This document shows, one piece after another, positions 17,238 through 25,707 of a stretch of DNA of 28,447 bases. The notes beneath the pieces are model-generated. The model was not told the DNA's origin and did not search any database. It saw only the letters and a program-made list of their open reading frames with translations. Source of the DNA: a virus (taxonomy: Duplodnaviria > Caudoviricetes); IMG/VR virus record IMGVR_UViG_3300049859_000116, positions 1 to 28,447 of that record; one strand, 5' to 3'. The first letter of the stretch is position 1. Each line of letters begins with the position of its first letter. Both the position numbers and the translations under genes were made by a program.

Positions 17238-17292
17238 TTGTTACTCCCGTAATTTGTTCGCCCGTAAAGCGGCGGCCTTGCGTGACGGTGGC
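17238..17292 (-). promoter_or_regulatory. Structured leader of the scaffold gene
   Basis: Tandem imperfect 15-mers TTACGGGCGAACAAA / TTACGGGAGTAACAA abutting ATG; SD lies in hairpin TTAC-GGGA-GTAA. Confidence 0.4.
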
Positions 17293-17676
17293 TCACACTG
17301 TTAACACCCGTTTCGATTTCTTCTTAGATCCAGACGCAACCGAAAGCGTCTTCCCTAGGGTAGGCAGAGACAGATTGCCCCCTGGATTCATCACCCAGAG
17401 CAGTGTCTTTACCCCTCTACGATTGTCTACCTCGTAGAGAAATGAATTTGCGACAAGGGGGGGTTGTTCCATACATGCTTGTAGAAAAACCCGTCCCACC
17501 TTGCCCCCTAGATCGTCTGGAAAATTGACTTTCCCCAGGATCCAATACTTATCAGGTGATTGGTTCTGGTTCATGATCTTTTCCAGATCAACATTAAAAT
17601 GATTCACCAGGCCGGATTTAGCGGCTTCATGCTGATCTTTTAATTGCTTTTTCGTCGCTTCCGACAAAATTAGCAT
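17293..17676 (-). CDS. Hypothetical protein of the head module
   Basis: 127 aa between portal and scaffold; start overlaps the upstream stop. Confidence 0.65.
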   Translation of the reverse strand: MLILSEATKKQLKDQHEAAKSGLVNHFNVDLEKIMNQNQSPDKYWILGKVNFPDDLGGKVGRVFLQACMEQPPLVANSFLYEVDNRRGVKTLLWVMNPGGNLSLPTLGKTLSVASGSKKKSKRVLTV

Positions 17677-17915
17677 CCCATGCCTCGTAGTGATTCCTTA
17701 CGAGCTTCTTCATCTTTCAGTCTCATAATTTTCTCTTTGTCAGCATTGCGTCCGTATTCAGATGCAGAGCTGAGAGAAGAGCCTTTTTTTGGGACTGGAC
17801 GAGGATTCTTTTTGGTAGAATATTCACCAATTGCTTCTGATCCTGCGCTGCCACGTGGAGGAATATAACCGTTGTTATAACCCTGCATGTAAGGCATCAT
17901 TTTTTGTTTAGCCAT
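17670..17915 (-). CDS. Small basic low-complexity protein after the portal
   Basis: Start reassigned to MAKQK (GGAGG 5-6 nt upstream); K/R/G/M-rich. Confidence 0.6.
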   Translation of the reverse strand: MAKQKMMPYMQGYNNGYIPPRGSAGSEAIGEYSTKKNPRPVPKKGSSLSSASEYGRNADKEKIMRLKDEEARKESLRGMGC

Positions 17916-20031
17916 TTTGGCCTCCATATATTTCTTGCCCACCACCTTGGCCGGCGGGCTGACCCATAGAACCCATCGCAGCTTCTTCTGATTGCTGTTT
18001 CAAAGATTCCATCACTTGTGCGTCTTGGCCTAGAGTTTCGTTTGATCGTTCTTTGGCCATTTGACTCATTTCCATAGCCAGACGAACAGCTTCCATAACC
18101 GAGTCATTCCGGTTTTTATGCATCTCGGAAACTGTTTTAGCGTTGTCCAAAAGTGCTTTAGCATAATTTTGTTCTCCTTCGGAGATTCGTTCGCGTGCAA
18201 GGCCAATATCAGAAAGAACACGTGCGCGGCGTTCTTGTGCCAATGCAACGCTTTGATCTGCTTGAGCCATGATCTGCATGTTTTTGATTTTTCTATCTTC
18301 AAGTTCAAGCTGTTGAACTTCCATTTTCTGTTTGGACATCTGGGCAGCTTTTTCGCGTAATGGGCCACCACCTTGGAGCGGTGCTGCATCAATAAGATCT
18401 TCATCGGAAACATAAATACCCAAGGAACGAAGTTGCAACAATTGAAAGTAATATGCTTCGCGTTGCGTCTGTGTTTTGACTGCAGATTTGATTAGCGCGT
18501 CATATTGTTCAAATTGACCGGAGAAAAATTGTGGAGTTGGTTGTTTTCCAGTGATGCGCCATACTTTTCCAGGTGTGAAATTCTTCTGGATGCACTGCAG
18601 CGTTAGATCACCAAATAACTTTTGGGCATATTCGAAGTTGTCGAATAGACCGCGATTCCCTTTAAGGCCATTTGAAGCGCGTACTTCTGCAAGTTTGCCG
18701 GACACCTGGATATCCCCGGTGCTGGAGAGCCCTAACAATTCGTCGGAGCCACCGGGGATTTCCATAATGTTTCGATCCATAATATCTTGATACTGCAAGT
18801 ACCCAGGAGGAATATTAGGCGGCGAAATTTCTTTGATGTCTGATTGAACATCGAATTCTGGATTAACAACAATATTGCGTCCCTGACCGGACTGAAACAG
18901 CATGTCAGGATCTAGAACTGCACCATTCTTATGAATGAATCCAGTATTAATAATCGATTCCATTAGATCGATAATCTGGCTGTGCCGGCGATTATATTGT
19001 CGCTGAGCGTCGCGAATAGAGCGCACTACTCCTTGGATCTTTAATTCATAAGTGTCAATTAACGGTTCGTGATATGCAATTACAGGGATAAAGGGGAATG
19101 TATCTAGCCCAGTTGGATCTGGACCCTCATATAGTAACTTTCCACCAACGATGATATTCAGTTCAACAGATCGCTTATGAGAATTAATTAATTGTACGCG
19201 TGGATTTTTTGATATTTCTTCTAATAGGATCTTTTCTTCTTCTGGTGATCCATCCCATTCCTGAGAGACACCAGTTTCCATATCAACGATGAATTTTTGA
19301 GCCTTGTTTATGCGCTTCCAATATTGGTCATACGTTAGCAGGTTCTTAGCAATGTAAGTTGAATTGTACTGGCGATAGATCCCAAGGTACTGGTATTTGT
19401 TGTCCCGGATCCCAGTAGGAATGTTATCTATGACATCTTCTGGAACCCATGGCAATAGCGCTTTAACTTGGTCCCTACTTAAAAGATCTCGTGTAGATGC
19501 CTGATCGCAATCTCCGAGATCTCTGCGTGTAAAGTATGGATCCAGCATTAGTGCATTAAACGGCTTCCAGTAGAACTTCAGGTCGCCATTCACTTTGTCA
19601 TTTTGGTAATCGATGTATATGCCAATGATCGCTAGGCCAGTCTTAAGTGAGTGCTCAAATGCTTCGGAAAAGATGTATTCAGATTGCGCTTTGGCGTACA
19701 CGTACATCATGACATCTGAAAACAGATCGGCTGTTTCTCTGTCGGAGCCTTCGATAGGTTCAACTACTGTAGAAGTACGGTTTTCTCTTTCGTATCCAGA
19801 AAATAAATTGATTACGCGGCGGATTTTGTTCAGTTCAAGAATCATTCGACGCTGTTTTTCCAGCATCGTCTTTTCTTGTTGGGTCCAATTGTCTCCAGCG
19901 TAGGCGCGCAAATCTCGGTATGCAGCCGCGTAATATACTCCCCAGGTTCGGTAAGCATCATAGAAAAATTGATTGAACTGATTTACTTTAGAATTCCCTC
20001 CGGGAAAGAATCCTGTAGTGTAGACGCTCAT
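17908..20031 (-). CDS. Portal protein, P22-like
   Basis: YAGDNW...LELNKIRRVINLFSGYERENR, GLAII, FPFIP, GVVRSIRDAQRQYNRRHS, SGKL; C-terminal coiled-coil barrel; follows the terminase. Confidence 0.92.
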   Translation of the reverse strand: MSVYTTGFFPGGNSKVNQFNQFFYDAYRTWGVYYAAAYRDLRAYAGDNWTQQEKTMLEKQRRMILELNKIRRVINLFSGYERENRTSTVVEPIEGSDRETADLFSDVMMYVYAKAQSEYIFSEAFEHSLKTGLAIIGIYIDYQNDKVNGDLKFYWKPFNALMLDPYFTRRDLGDCDQASTRDLLSRDQVKALLPWVPEDVIDNIPTGIRDNKYQYLGIYRQYNSTYIAKNLLTYDQYWKRINKAQKFIVDMETGVSQEWDGSPEEEKILLEEISKNPRVQLINSHKRSVELNIIVGGKLLYEGPDPTGLDTFPFIPVIAYHEPLIDTYELKIQGVVRSIRDAQRQYNRRHSQIIDLMESIINTGFIHKNGAVLDPDMLFQSGQGRNIVVNPEFDVQSDIKEISPPNIPPGYLQYQDIMDRNIMEIPGGSDELLGLSSTGDIQVSGKLAEVRASNGLKGNRGLFDNFEYAQKLFGDLTLQCIQKNFTPGKVWRITGKQPTPQFFSGQFEQYDALIKSAVKTQTQREAYYFQLLQLRSLGIYVSDEDLIDAAPLQGGGPLREKAAQMSKQKMEVQQLELEDRKIKNMQIMAQADQSVALAQERRARVLSDIGLARERISEGEQNYAKALLDNAKTVSEMHKNRNDSVMEAVRLAMEMSQMAKERSNETLGQDAQVMESLKQQSEEAAMGSMGQPAGQGGGQEIYGGQNG

Positions 20032-20055
20032 GGTTTCCTGGGTATAAACCGTATA

Positions 20056-20074
20056 TTAAAATATTTACTTGATA
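20056..20074 (-). promoter_or_regulatory. AT-rich dyad motif upstream of the portal
   Basis: TATCAAGTAAATATTTTAA; 14/15 identical to the 6554-6568 copy. Confidence 0.5.
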
Positions 20075-20094
20075 CTGTAATTAAAAAAAACACT

Positions 20095-20298
20095 TTATAT
20101 TTTCTTCCATTCGCCGCAAAAGCATTCATCGATTACAATGGGAAAACAAGATGTGCTTTCGTTGATTCTTTTAGGGGGATATCTAACGCATTGACCGTAG
20201 TCAGTGATGATATCTAAGCCATCGTATTTATGACGTGCAAAGAAGCGGCAATTTCCGCAATTTGCTTTGGTGGTTTGTTTATTTGGTTTTTCATCCAT
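20095..20298 (-). CDS. Small Cys-rich metal-binding protein (HiPIP-like Cys spacing)
   Basis: CGNCRFF...GQCVRYPP...FPIV...FCGEW. Confidence 0.65.
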   Translation of the reverse strand: MDEKPNKQTTKANCGNCRFFARHKYDGLDIITDYGQCVRYPPKRINESTSCFPIVIDECFCGEWKKI

Positions 20299-21808
20299 GT
20301 TTGTCCCTTATTCTTTTCCATTCTTCTGCGCTTAGACCGCGATTGCCAATGAGCCCTTGGACTGCATTCATGGCGTAGATCAGTGCTGATGTTCCGTGAG
20401 TAGCCCAGTTGTGGAATGGCCGCTCTCTAAAGCATTCTTTCTTTTCGTTCCATTCTTTGCGGTAATTTTCGACTGCTTTTATACCTTCGACGCACTTGGT
20501 TTGATTGAAATAAAGACGCGGAAAAAAGGCGCGCAACATTTCAATGTCCACTAGGATGTTTTCAGATTTCTTGATGATTTCTGTTTTGAATCCCATATCA
20601 CGAACATAATCTGCATAACAGCGGCCAGTAGCAGGATTCTTATTTGCGGCATCATGAGGCAAGAAAATCTTATTGATAGGATAGCCAAGTTTATTAAGCC
20701 AATTAGCATAATGAGGCCAGGATTCACCAGAATTTTCATAATAATCAAGCATATGGATCTCTTTACCGACCACTTGGAACGTCCATAAAGCTGTAGCGTC
20801 ATCCCATCCGATGTCGGCGACGGCAAATTTGTGTACATACTCATCGACCGCGATGTTACAGATCCTTTTTTCCATGCGTGCTTTTGCCATGAGTGCTGCA
20901 AAGTAGTATCCCTGGTTAGCTGTTTCGAATGCTTCTTCTGGAGTGGACGGATATTCCCTTTTCATATATTCGCCCTGTGTTTCTTCTTTTTTCACGTACC
21001 ATGCCTTTTGTTCATCGGTCAAAATGATCCCTTTGTCTTCTAGTTGAGTGAAGTATTTTTCAGATTCTTTGGGGATCACTAATTCGGCATCTTTGAGAAT
21101 GTAATCTGGGTGTTTATGCCATGAGAAAAACCAGAATTTCCAATCTAATGGGCTAAGAATTTTACCCGCTTCCTGGAGAGACATGGCCTTTTTGCACATG
21201 TCATAGAAGTCCCCATCGCGTCCCCTAGCCGTTGATTCCATAGTGGCAAATTGACCGCTTTGGAGTGTATTAAGCGCTCCAGACATAATCTCGGCGGCTT
21301 TTGTTGGATTCTCGACGCATATTTTTGCAAACTCGGTAATATGTAAAAGTTGAAGAGTCCCACCTCGCAAGCCGGTACCCACGCGAAATACAGATCCATT
21401 CCCAAACCGCAATTCATTGATATTGTCTCTATATGCCGGGGCATGTTGTTTAAAGCATTCTGGAATATTGTCGTAAGCGAATTTAACTTTATCACGGAAT
21501 ATCTCTTTTGCTGTATCTTTGTTATCTGCTATAATTGCAGCATGAACATTATCATTGAACAAACACGTGTCTAGAAATAATAAACTAAATAAAGTAGTAA
21601 TTCCTAATTGTCGTGCTTTAAGAATTATATTTAAATAATGCATTCCAGATAATAATTGTAACTGAGCCCAGTTTGGTTCGAATGTTACAACTCCGCCGTA
21701 TTTAGTTTTGATCTTATAAAGATTGGATAATCGCCACAACTTGTCAGAAATGAGACCACGGCCAAGAACATCCATTTCTTTAGAGGTCATTTTCTTGGGG
21801 CTCTTCAC
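20291..21808 (-). CDS. terL: Terminase large subunit
   Basis: Q-motif PNWAQ, Walker A LKARQLGITT, Walker B LLHITE, coupling motif ESTARG, REYPSTPEEAF, nuclease ADIGWDDATA and LPHDA. Confidence 0.95.
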   Translation of the reverse strand: MKSPKKMTSKEMDVLGRGLISDKLWRLSNLYKIKTKYGGVVTFEPNWAQLQLLSGMHYLNIILKARQLGITTLFSLLFLDTCLFNDNVHAAIIADNKDTAKEIFRDKVKFAYDNIPECFKQHAPAYRDNINELRFGNGSVFRVGTGLRGGTLQLLHITEFAKICVENPTKAAEIMSGALNTLQSGQFATMESTARGRDGDFYDMCKKAMSLQEAGKILSPLDWKFWFFSWHKHPDYILKDAELVIPKESEKYFTQLEDKGIILTDEQKAWYVKKEETQGEYMKREYPSTPEEAFETANQGYYFAALMAKARMEKRICNIAVDEYVHKFAVADIGWDDATALWTFQVVGKEIHMLDYYENSGESWPHYANWLNKLGYPINKIFLPHDAANKNPATGRCYADYVRDMGFKTEIIKKSENILVDIEMLRAFFPRLYFNQTKCVEGIKAVENYRKEWNEKKECFRERPFHNWATHGTSALIYAMNAVQGLIGNRGLSAEEWKRIRDKHG

Positions 21809-22047
21809 TTTTTACCTTTGCGAGATCTTTTTCTTAGGTAACCTTCTCGATCTATTTTGGAAAGCGGCAGATCGGCGCATACATCACATAGCTTTAGATT
21901 TTCGTAGGGATATGCTAGTGCGGCGTATAGTTTAATTTTTTCTCCAGAGCGGCAATTTTCACAGTATATCTCCGGCAGGGGCTCCAGATTTATTTTTCTT
22001 ATTCTTTTTAGAGGGGTCTTTTTTAACGGGATCTTTTTTAAGGACAT
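21805..22047 (-). CDS. Small basic zinc-ribbon-like protein
   Basis: CENC...CDVC, K/R-rich ends; stop overlaps the terL start. Confidence 0.55.
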   Translation of the reverse strand: MSLKKIPLKKTPLKRIRKINLEPLPEIYCENCRSGEKIKLYAALAYPYENLKLCDVCADLPLSKIDREGYLRKRSRKGKK

Positions 22048-22243
22048 AAAACGCCAGTAATTTAGTCATATCAACAAAAAGGGCATCCCCTTCGGTGTCT
22101 TTGCATGGCAAAAAGCAGTTTCCTGGGTCAGGATAGTTCATGTAGTTATCGCAGAAGTGTTCCCAAGAGTCCTTGCGAACGGTAAATTTAGATGAATGCA
22201 TTCCAGGATAGATCCCCAGAATGTCGATGTATTCGGTTTGCAT
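21959..22243 (-). CDS. Hypothetical protein, first gene of the packaging operon
   Basis: 94 aa, GGGGGA RBS; C-terminal tail overlaps the next gene. Confidence 0.55.
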   Translation of the reverse strand: MQTEYIDILGIYPGMHSSKFTVRKDSWEHFCDNYMNYPDPGNCFLPCKDTEGDALFVDMTKLLAFYVLKKDPVKKDPSKKNKKNKSGAPAGDIL

Positions 22244-22339
22244 AATGTCCCCCGGTAAAACATCACGCTACCAATTAAACTTTTTAATTTACAACATTTT
22301 TCTTATGTTTACTAAAAATAAGTTATATGGAATGGTCAT

Positions 22340-22588
22340 ATGAAACCAACATTAGGTGTATATATGGGCGAATTGAACCCGGCGATTATGAGTGAAACGG
22401 ACTGGCAGAATTTGCGGGCTCAACTAAAAGTTCTAGTTGACGTTTACTGTGAGATGAATAATGATGTCATGTCAATAAAGGCTTCCCTGAGAAGTCTGGT
22501 TAAGATCTTGAGAAAACAGGAAAAACGATGGTCATGCACCCAGAATATTACGAAGCCGAAAAAATGCGCAAAAAAATGCAAAGAATAA
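22340..22588 (+). CDS. Small coiled-coil protein (start may be 22364)
   Basis: Heptad pattern LRAQLKVLVD...MSIKASLRSLVKIL; AGGTG upstream of 22364; divergent from the packaging operon. Confidence 0.5.
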   Translation: MKPTLGVYMGELNPAIMSETDWQNLRAQLKVLVDVYCEMNNDVMSIKASLRSLVKILRKQEKRWSCTQNITKPKKCAKKCKE

Positions 22589-23481
22589 AACTGATTGCTT
22601 ATTCCACTACTGGATTTCTTTTCCTGATTTGGTTGCTGTGTTTTAAGATGATCAGCCCTGGGTACACTGGGATCATTATCAATCTGTTCGGTGAAGAAAA
22701 AGGCGCTTCGTATAAAGAACTGGGCGTTGGGATGCACTGGATTGCCCCATGGAAGAAAGTATATGAATTCCCCATGTTCGAACAGAATCATATTTGGGAC
22801 AATGACAAAAGTTTCACATTTCAGACTGGAGAAGGACTGAATGTCAATGCTGACATTGGTCTAAGCTATCATTTGTCTCCGGGAAAGGTGCATACACTAT
22901 TTGCGAAATATCGAAGGGGCATGGAAGAAATCACGGATTTATTTATCCGCAATTACGCGCGAGATGCAATCAATAAAGCAGCGTCGAAAATGACCGTAGA
23001 GGACTTATATGGATCTGACAAGCAGAGATTTATTGAACAATTGCAATCAGACCTTAAAACAGATCTCGAGCCCATTGGAATTTCGATTGACCGTGTGTAC
23101 CTTATTGGAACATTGCACTTCCCATCAAATGTTGTGGCTGCACTTAATTCAAAAATCGAAGCTGTCCAGCGAGCGCAACAACGAGAAAATGAGCTTCGAG
23201 AAGCAGAAGCGGAAGCACGTAAACGCATCGCGGCTGCACAAGGGGAAGCTGCCCAAAGGACTCTTGCAGCTGAGGCGGACGGTAAGATTCAGCTTGTTTT
23301 GGCTAAAGCTGCATCAGAATCGACATTACTTAAGGCCAGTGCTGAAGCGCAATCCAACGGAATGATTTCCGAATCGATAGATGCCAATATCTTAGCTTAT
23401 AGGGCAATCCAGCAATGGGATGGAAAAGTTCCAACTGTTATTGGAACTCCCCCGGCCATGTGGATGGATATGCCGAAATGA
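22528..23481 (+). CDS. SPFH (band 7/prohibitin/stomatin) domain membrane protein
   Basis: N-terminal TM helix, ISPGYTGIIINLFG, GMHWIAPW, FQTGEGLNVNADIG, Ala/Glu coiled coil (EAEAEARKRIAAAQGEA), C-terminal QWDGKVP. Confidence 0.92.
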   Translation: MVMHPEYYEAEKMRKKMQRIKLIAYSTTGFLFLIWLLCFKMISPGYTGIIINLFGEEKGASYKELGVGMHWIAPWKKVYEFPMFEQNHIWDNDKSFTFQTGEGLNVNADIGLSYHLSPGKVHTLFAKYRRGMEEITDLFIRNYARDAINKAASKMTVEDLYGSDKQRFIEQLQSDLKTDLEPIGISIDRVYLIGTLHFPSNVVAALNSKIEAVQRAQQRENELREAEAEARKRIAAAQGEAAQRTLAAEADGKIQLVLAKAASESTLLKASAEAQSNGMISESIDANILAYRAIQQWDGKVPTVIGTPPAMWMDMPK

Positions 23482-23667
23482 TCACACCCACAGATGAATC
23501 CCCATCCATTCGTCAATAACGAATATTGGGGCTTCTTGGGACTCCATGACAAATGGAGATGCCTTGTCTTTGCCCCTGAAGCGACCAGCGAATACTTTTT
23601 CGGCCACTTTGAACGCAATGTATTGGTTGATTTCTGGGACTTCACCTTCGCTGATTTTCTTAAACAT
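23482..23667 (-). CDS. Small hypothetical protein
   Basis: 61 aa, AGGA RBS, start overlaps the stop of the RHH gene; FKKISE..PE start and ..EWM end resemble DUF551-like phage domains. Confidence 0.5.
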   Translation of the reverse strand: MFKKISEGEVPEINQYIAFKVAEKVFAGRFRGKDKASPFVMESQEAPIFVIDEWMGIHLWV

Positions 23668-23842
23668 GTGGTTTCCTTTTCAGTTTCTCTTGGATTGCTT
23701 CTTGGATCCAGGCACTGCGGTTCATTCCGGCTCTTTCTGCGACTGCATCATCGACCTGTTTTAAAACGTCGATTCTAACCTTTTGAGAAATAACTTTATA
23801 GCTTTTATTCGGCTTTTCCGATGGCATGTCTTTGTCGCTCAT
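23660..23842 (-). CDS. Ribbon-helix-helix (CopG/Arc-like) DNA-binding protein
   Basis: Beta strand KVISQKV, helix IDVLKQVDDAV, GMNRSAWIQEAIQEKL; AGGA RBS. Confidence 0.8.
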   Translation of the reverse strand: MSDKDMPSEKPNKSYKVISQKVRIDVLKQVDDAVAERAGMNRSAWIQEAIQEKLKRKPHV

Positions 23843-23864
23843 ATATGATTCCTATTGTTAATTG

Positions 23865-23879
23865 ATATGTATAACATAT
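23865..23879. promoter_or_regulatory. Inverted repeat upstream of the RHH gene, candidate operator
   Basis: ATATGT-ATA-ACATAT, amid several ATAT-containing repeats in 23843-23955. Confidence 0.35.
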
Positions 23880-23959
23880 TTTAGTTGTATATGTCATCAC
23901 ATTCAGATTTCTTGTGGCGTATATCTTATATGAGATTGATATTTATTGTATATAGAAAA

Positions 23960-24319
23960 TTATGGGCTGTCTGGAGGGGTAGGAGGAGCTGGATTTTGAA
24001 TAAATAGAGAAGGCCCCGTTAGTGTCATTTGGGCGAGTCCGTTAAAAACGAAGGGTGTGAAGTTACGCCCATCAATGGCGAAGCCAAGGTCATCCCAGAG
24101 CTGAAAGGTATCTGTGGTAACTTGCTGAATAGTAAACAATCGATTATTAAGCTGCTCCATGCCCGTTGCAGTGGCAAAAGGGATTCCATAAAATCTGGTA
24201 CATCTAATTCTCTGACCATTGGATAAACCGTGTGCTGGGATTGTTACGACTGGGGGCAATGCCGCTGTTATGGCAATTGGGGTGTAATGTTCGTCTTGGA
24301 AGTGACTTGGAGAACTCAT
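23960..24319 (-). CDS. Stand-alone E1-FCCH-like domain protein (119 aa; start reassigned to MSSPSH)
   Basis: AITAALPPVVTIPAHGLSNGQRI...GMEQLNNRLFTI...DTFQL; collinear with the insert of 14898..15602. Confidence 0.75.
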   Translation of the reverse strand: MSSPSHFQDEHYTPIAITAALPPVVTIPAHGLSNGQRIRCTRFYGIPFATATGMEQLNNRLFTIQQVTTDTFQLWDDLGFAIDGRNFTPFVFNGLAQMTLTGPSLFIQNPAPPTPPDSP

Positions 24320-24382
24320 TGTATAATACTCTTTACAATAATTTCTTATACTGCCAGAAAGAATATTATCAAACACAATATT

Positions 24383-24598
24383 ATGGTGACTGCCGTGAAG
24401 AAAAAAAGACAAAAAATCAAAAAAGACAAAATGGTCAGTAAGATCCGAGGACCCCAGGGCGGAGTGTCCAAAGGGGCATATGACGCAAAGAGCCCTAAAC
24501 ATAAGGAAATGCCATCTTTTGTCTTAGGGACTAAAACGAACAAAAGCCCCACCATCCGAAGTCTGACACCAAAAGCCAAGGGCCCAAAAAGAAAATAA
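24383..24598 (+). CDS. Small Lys-rich basic protein (71 aa; start reassigned to MVTAVKKK)
   Basis: Very basic low-complexity sequence, divergent from the FCCH-like gene; the longer ORF would overlap that gene. Confidence 0.55.
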   Translation: MVTAVKKKRQKIKKDKMVSKIRGPQGGVSKGAYDAKSPKHKEMPSFVLGTKTNKSPTIRSLTPKAKGPKRK

Positions 24599-24613
24599 TC
24601 ATTCTTTTTTGCA

Positions 24614-24871
24614 TTATTCTTCTGATTCGTCCATTTCTCTTGATATGCGATTTACGTTTTCCAGCATGGTTGAGATCATGGACCCAAAGAACGACATCCA
24701 CAGGAAGCCATCTAATTTCCCTTTTAACAGGATTTCAGCCACTTTCCCACCCAGTATAGCCAGTACCTCTGGTTCTTGCGTTTCTCGGCCTTTAAACAAG
24801 CAATCCAGGTCATCTATGATCTGGGTCATCATTTTTAACTTGATTCTGTCCTGTTCTGTTTCTTCTGACAT
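24614..24871 (-). CDS. Hypothetical helical protein
   Basis: 85 aa, GAGG RBS, fills the gap in a minus-strand pair. Confidence 0.55.
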   Translation of the reverse strand: MSEETEQDRIKLKMMTQIIDDLDCLFKGRETQEPEVLAILGGKVAEILLKGKLDGFLWMSFFGSMISTMLENVNRISREMDESEE

Positions 24872-24879
24872 AGTGCCTC

Positions 24880-25101
24880 TTAAAGTTTCTCCAGGGATTT
24901 GGGCCCATTTTGGCCAAGTCTGGATATTTTGTTAGGAATTCTTTTCTTAATTGACGTACTTTGATGGCTCTCATTTTGTTTCCTTTGGTGGCATGTAGTA
25001 CATGTGAAGACGACGTATTTGCCCTGCATGCTAATGATCGCTTGTTGGCAGGGGCATTTTAAGCATATATGGCAGCGCATCATATCTGGGGCAAATGACA
25101 T
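24880..25101 (-). CDS. Small zinc-ribbon-like protein
   Basis: CHIC..CPC...CTTC; GGAG RBS. Confidence 0.5.
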   Translation of the reverse strand: MSFAPDMMRCHICLKCPCQQAIISMQGKYVVFTCTTCHQRKQNESHQSTSIKKRIPNKISRLGQNGPKSLEKL

Positions 25102-25224
25102 TGGTACTCCGGGGAAATATGAGAATGATATTTGGAAGATAGTATTTCTTCAATAGATGATTTTGTGTTGTAAAAAATATTTTGGTGAAATATGGTGGGT
25201 ACTTTTTACGCCATGGAGAAAAAA

Positions 25225-25707
25225 ATGAGTGAAATTCAAGAAAATGCCGATTTTAATGCTGATGGATGCCAATGGGTCAATGGATTACCCGGGGATCCCA
25301 ATTTTGGGGACAAATATGTGACCACACAGATTGAATTTCATGGAAATCGTCATCTTAGGGTGTTAGAATATATCCGAGAGATTTATTATTCGAATTCGCA
25401 CATACGCGAGTATCGGATTCTTAGAAATGATGAATTCAATGAATCGGTTTTGAAAGAACGGTTTGAATATATCCCAATGGCCAAAAGAGACCGCAGCAAT
25501 GACCGGGATGTATCTGATCTTGTTATGGATGTTTATAATGCGACCCAAAGTGCATCTGCCCGGGATTGGCCCAGTGCGGCATATCATGCATTTGAGGTCT
25601 CTAGGGACGTTATTGACATTACGGTAAACACGGCAGAATCGTTTATTGAATCCAGAACTGATGCTGTTCGTGGCGGATATGCGGGTTATTCTGATTTGGG
25701 GTTATGA
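25225..25707 (+). CDS. Hypothetical acidic protein (start reassigned to MSEIQE)
   Basis: GGAG RBS before 25225; ~160 aa; stop overlaps the next start (ATGA). Confidence 0.6.
   Translation: MSEIQENADFNADGCQWVNGLPGDPNFGDKYVTTQIEFHGNRHLRVLEYIREIYYSNSHIREYRILRNDEFNESVLKERFEYIPMAKRDRSNDRDVSDLVMDVYNATQSASARDWPSAAYHAFEVSRDVIDITVNTAESFIESRTDAVRGGYAGYSDLGL

Noticed and set aside
1064-21574. Numerous plus-strand and alternative-frame ORFs inside the structural genes (e.g. 5822..6238, 11906..12340, 18066..18413, 20551..20901)
   Set aside because: Fully nested in long, recognisable minus-strand genes; no motifs; expected shadows of biased codon usage
305-22243. Genome-wide TAG recoding (genetic code 15) suggested by the CUA tRNA
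   Set aside because: Terminase, portal, capsid, nozzle and ejection genes are intact in the standard code and genes pack tightly without TAG-split fragments
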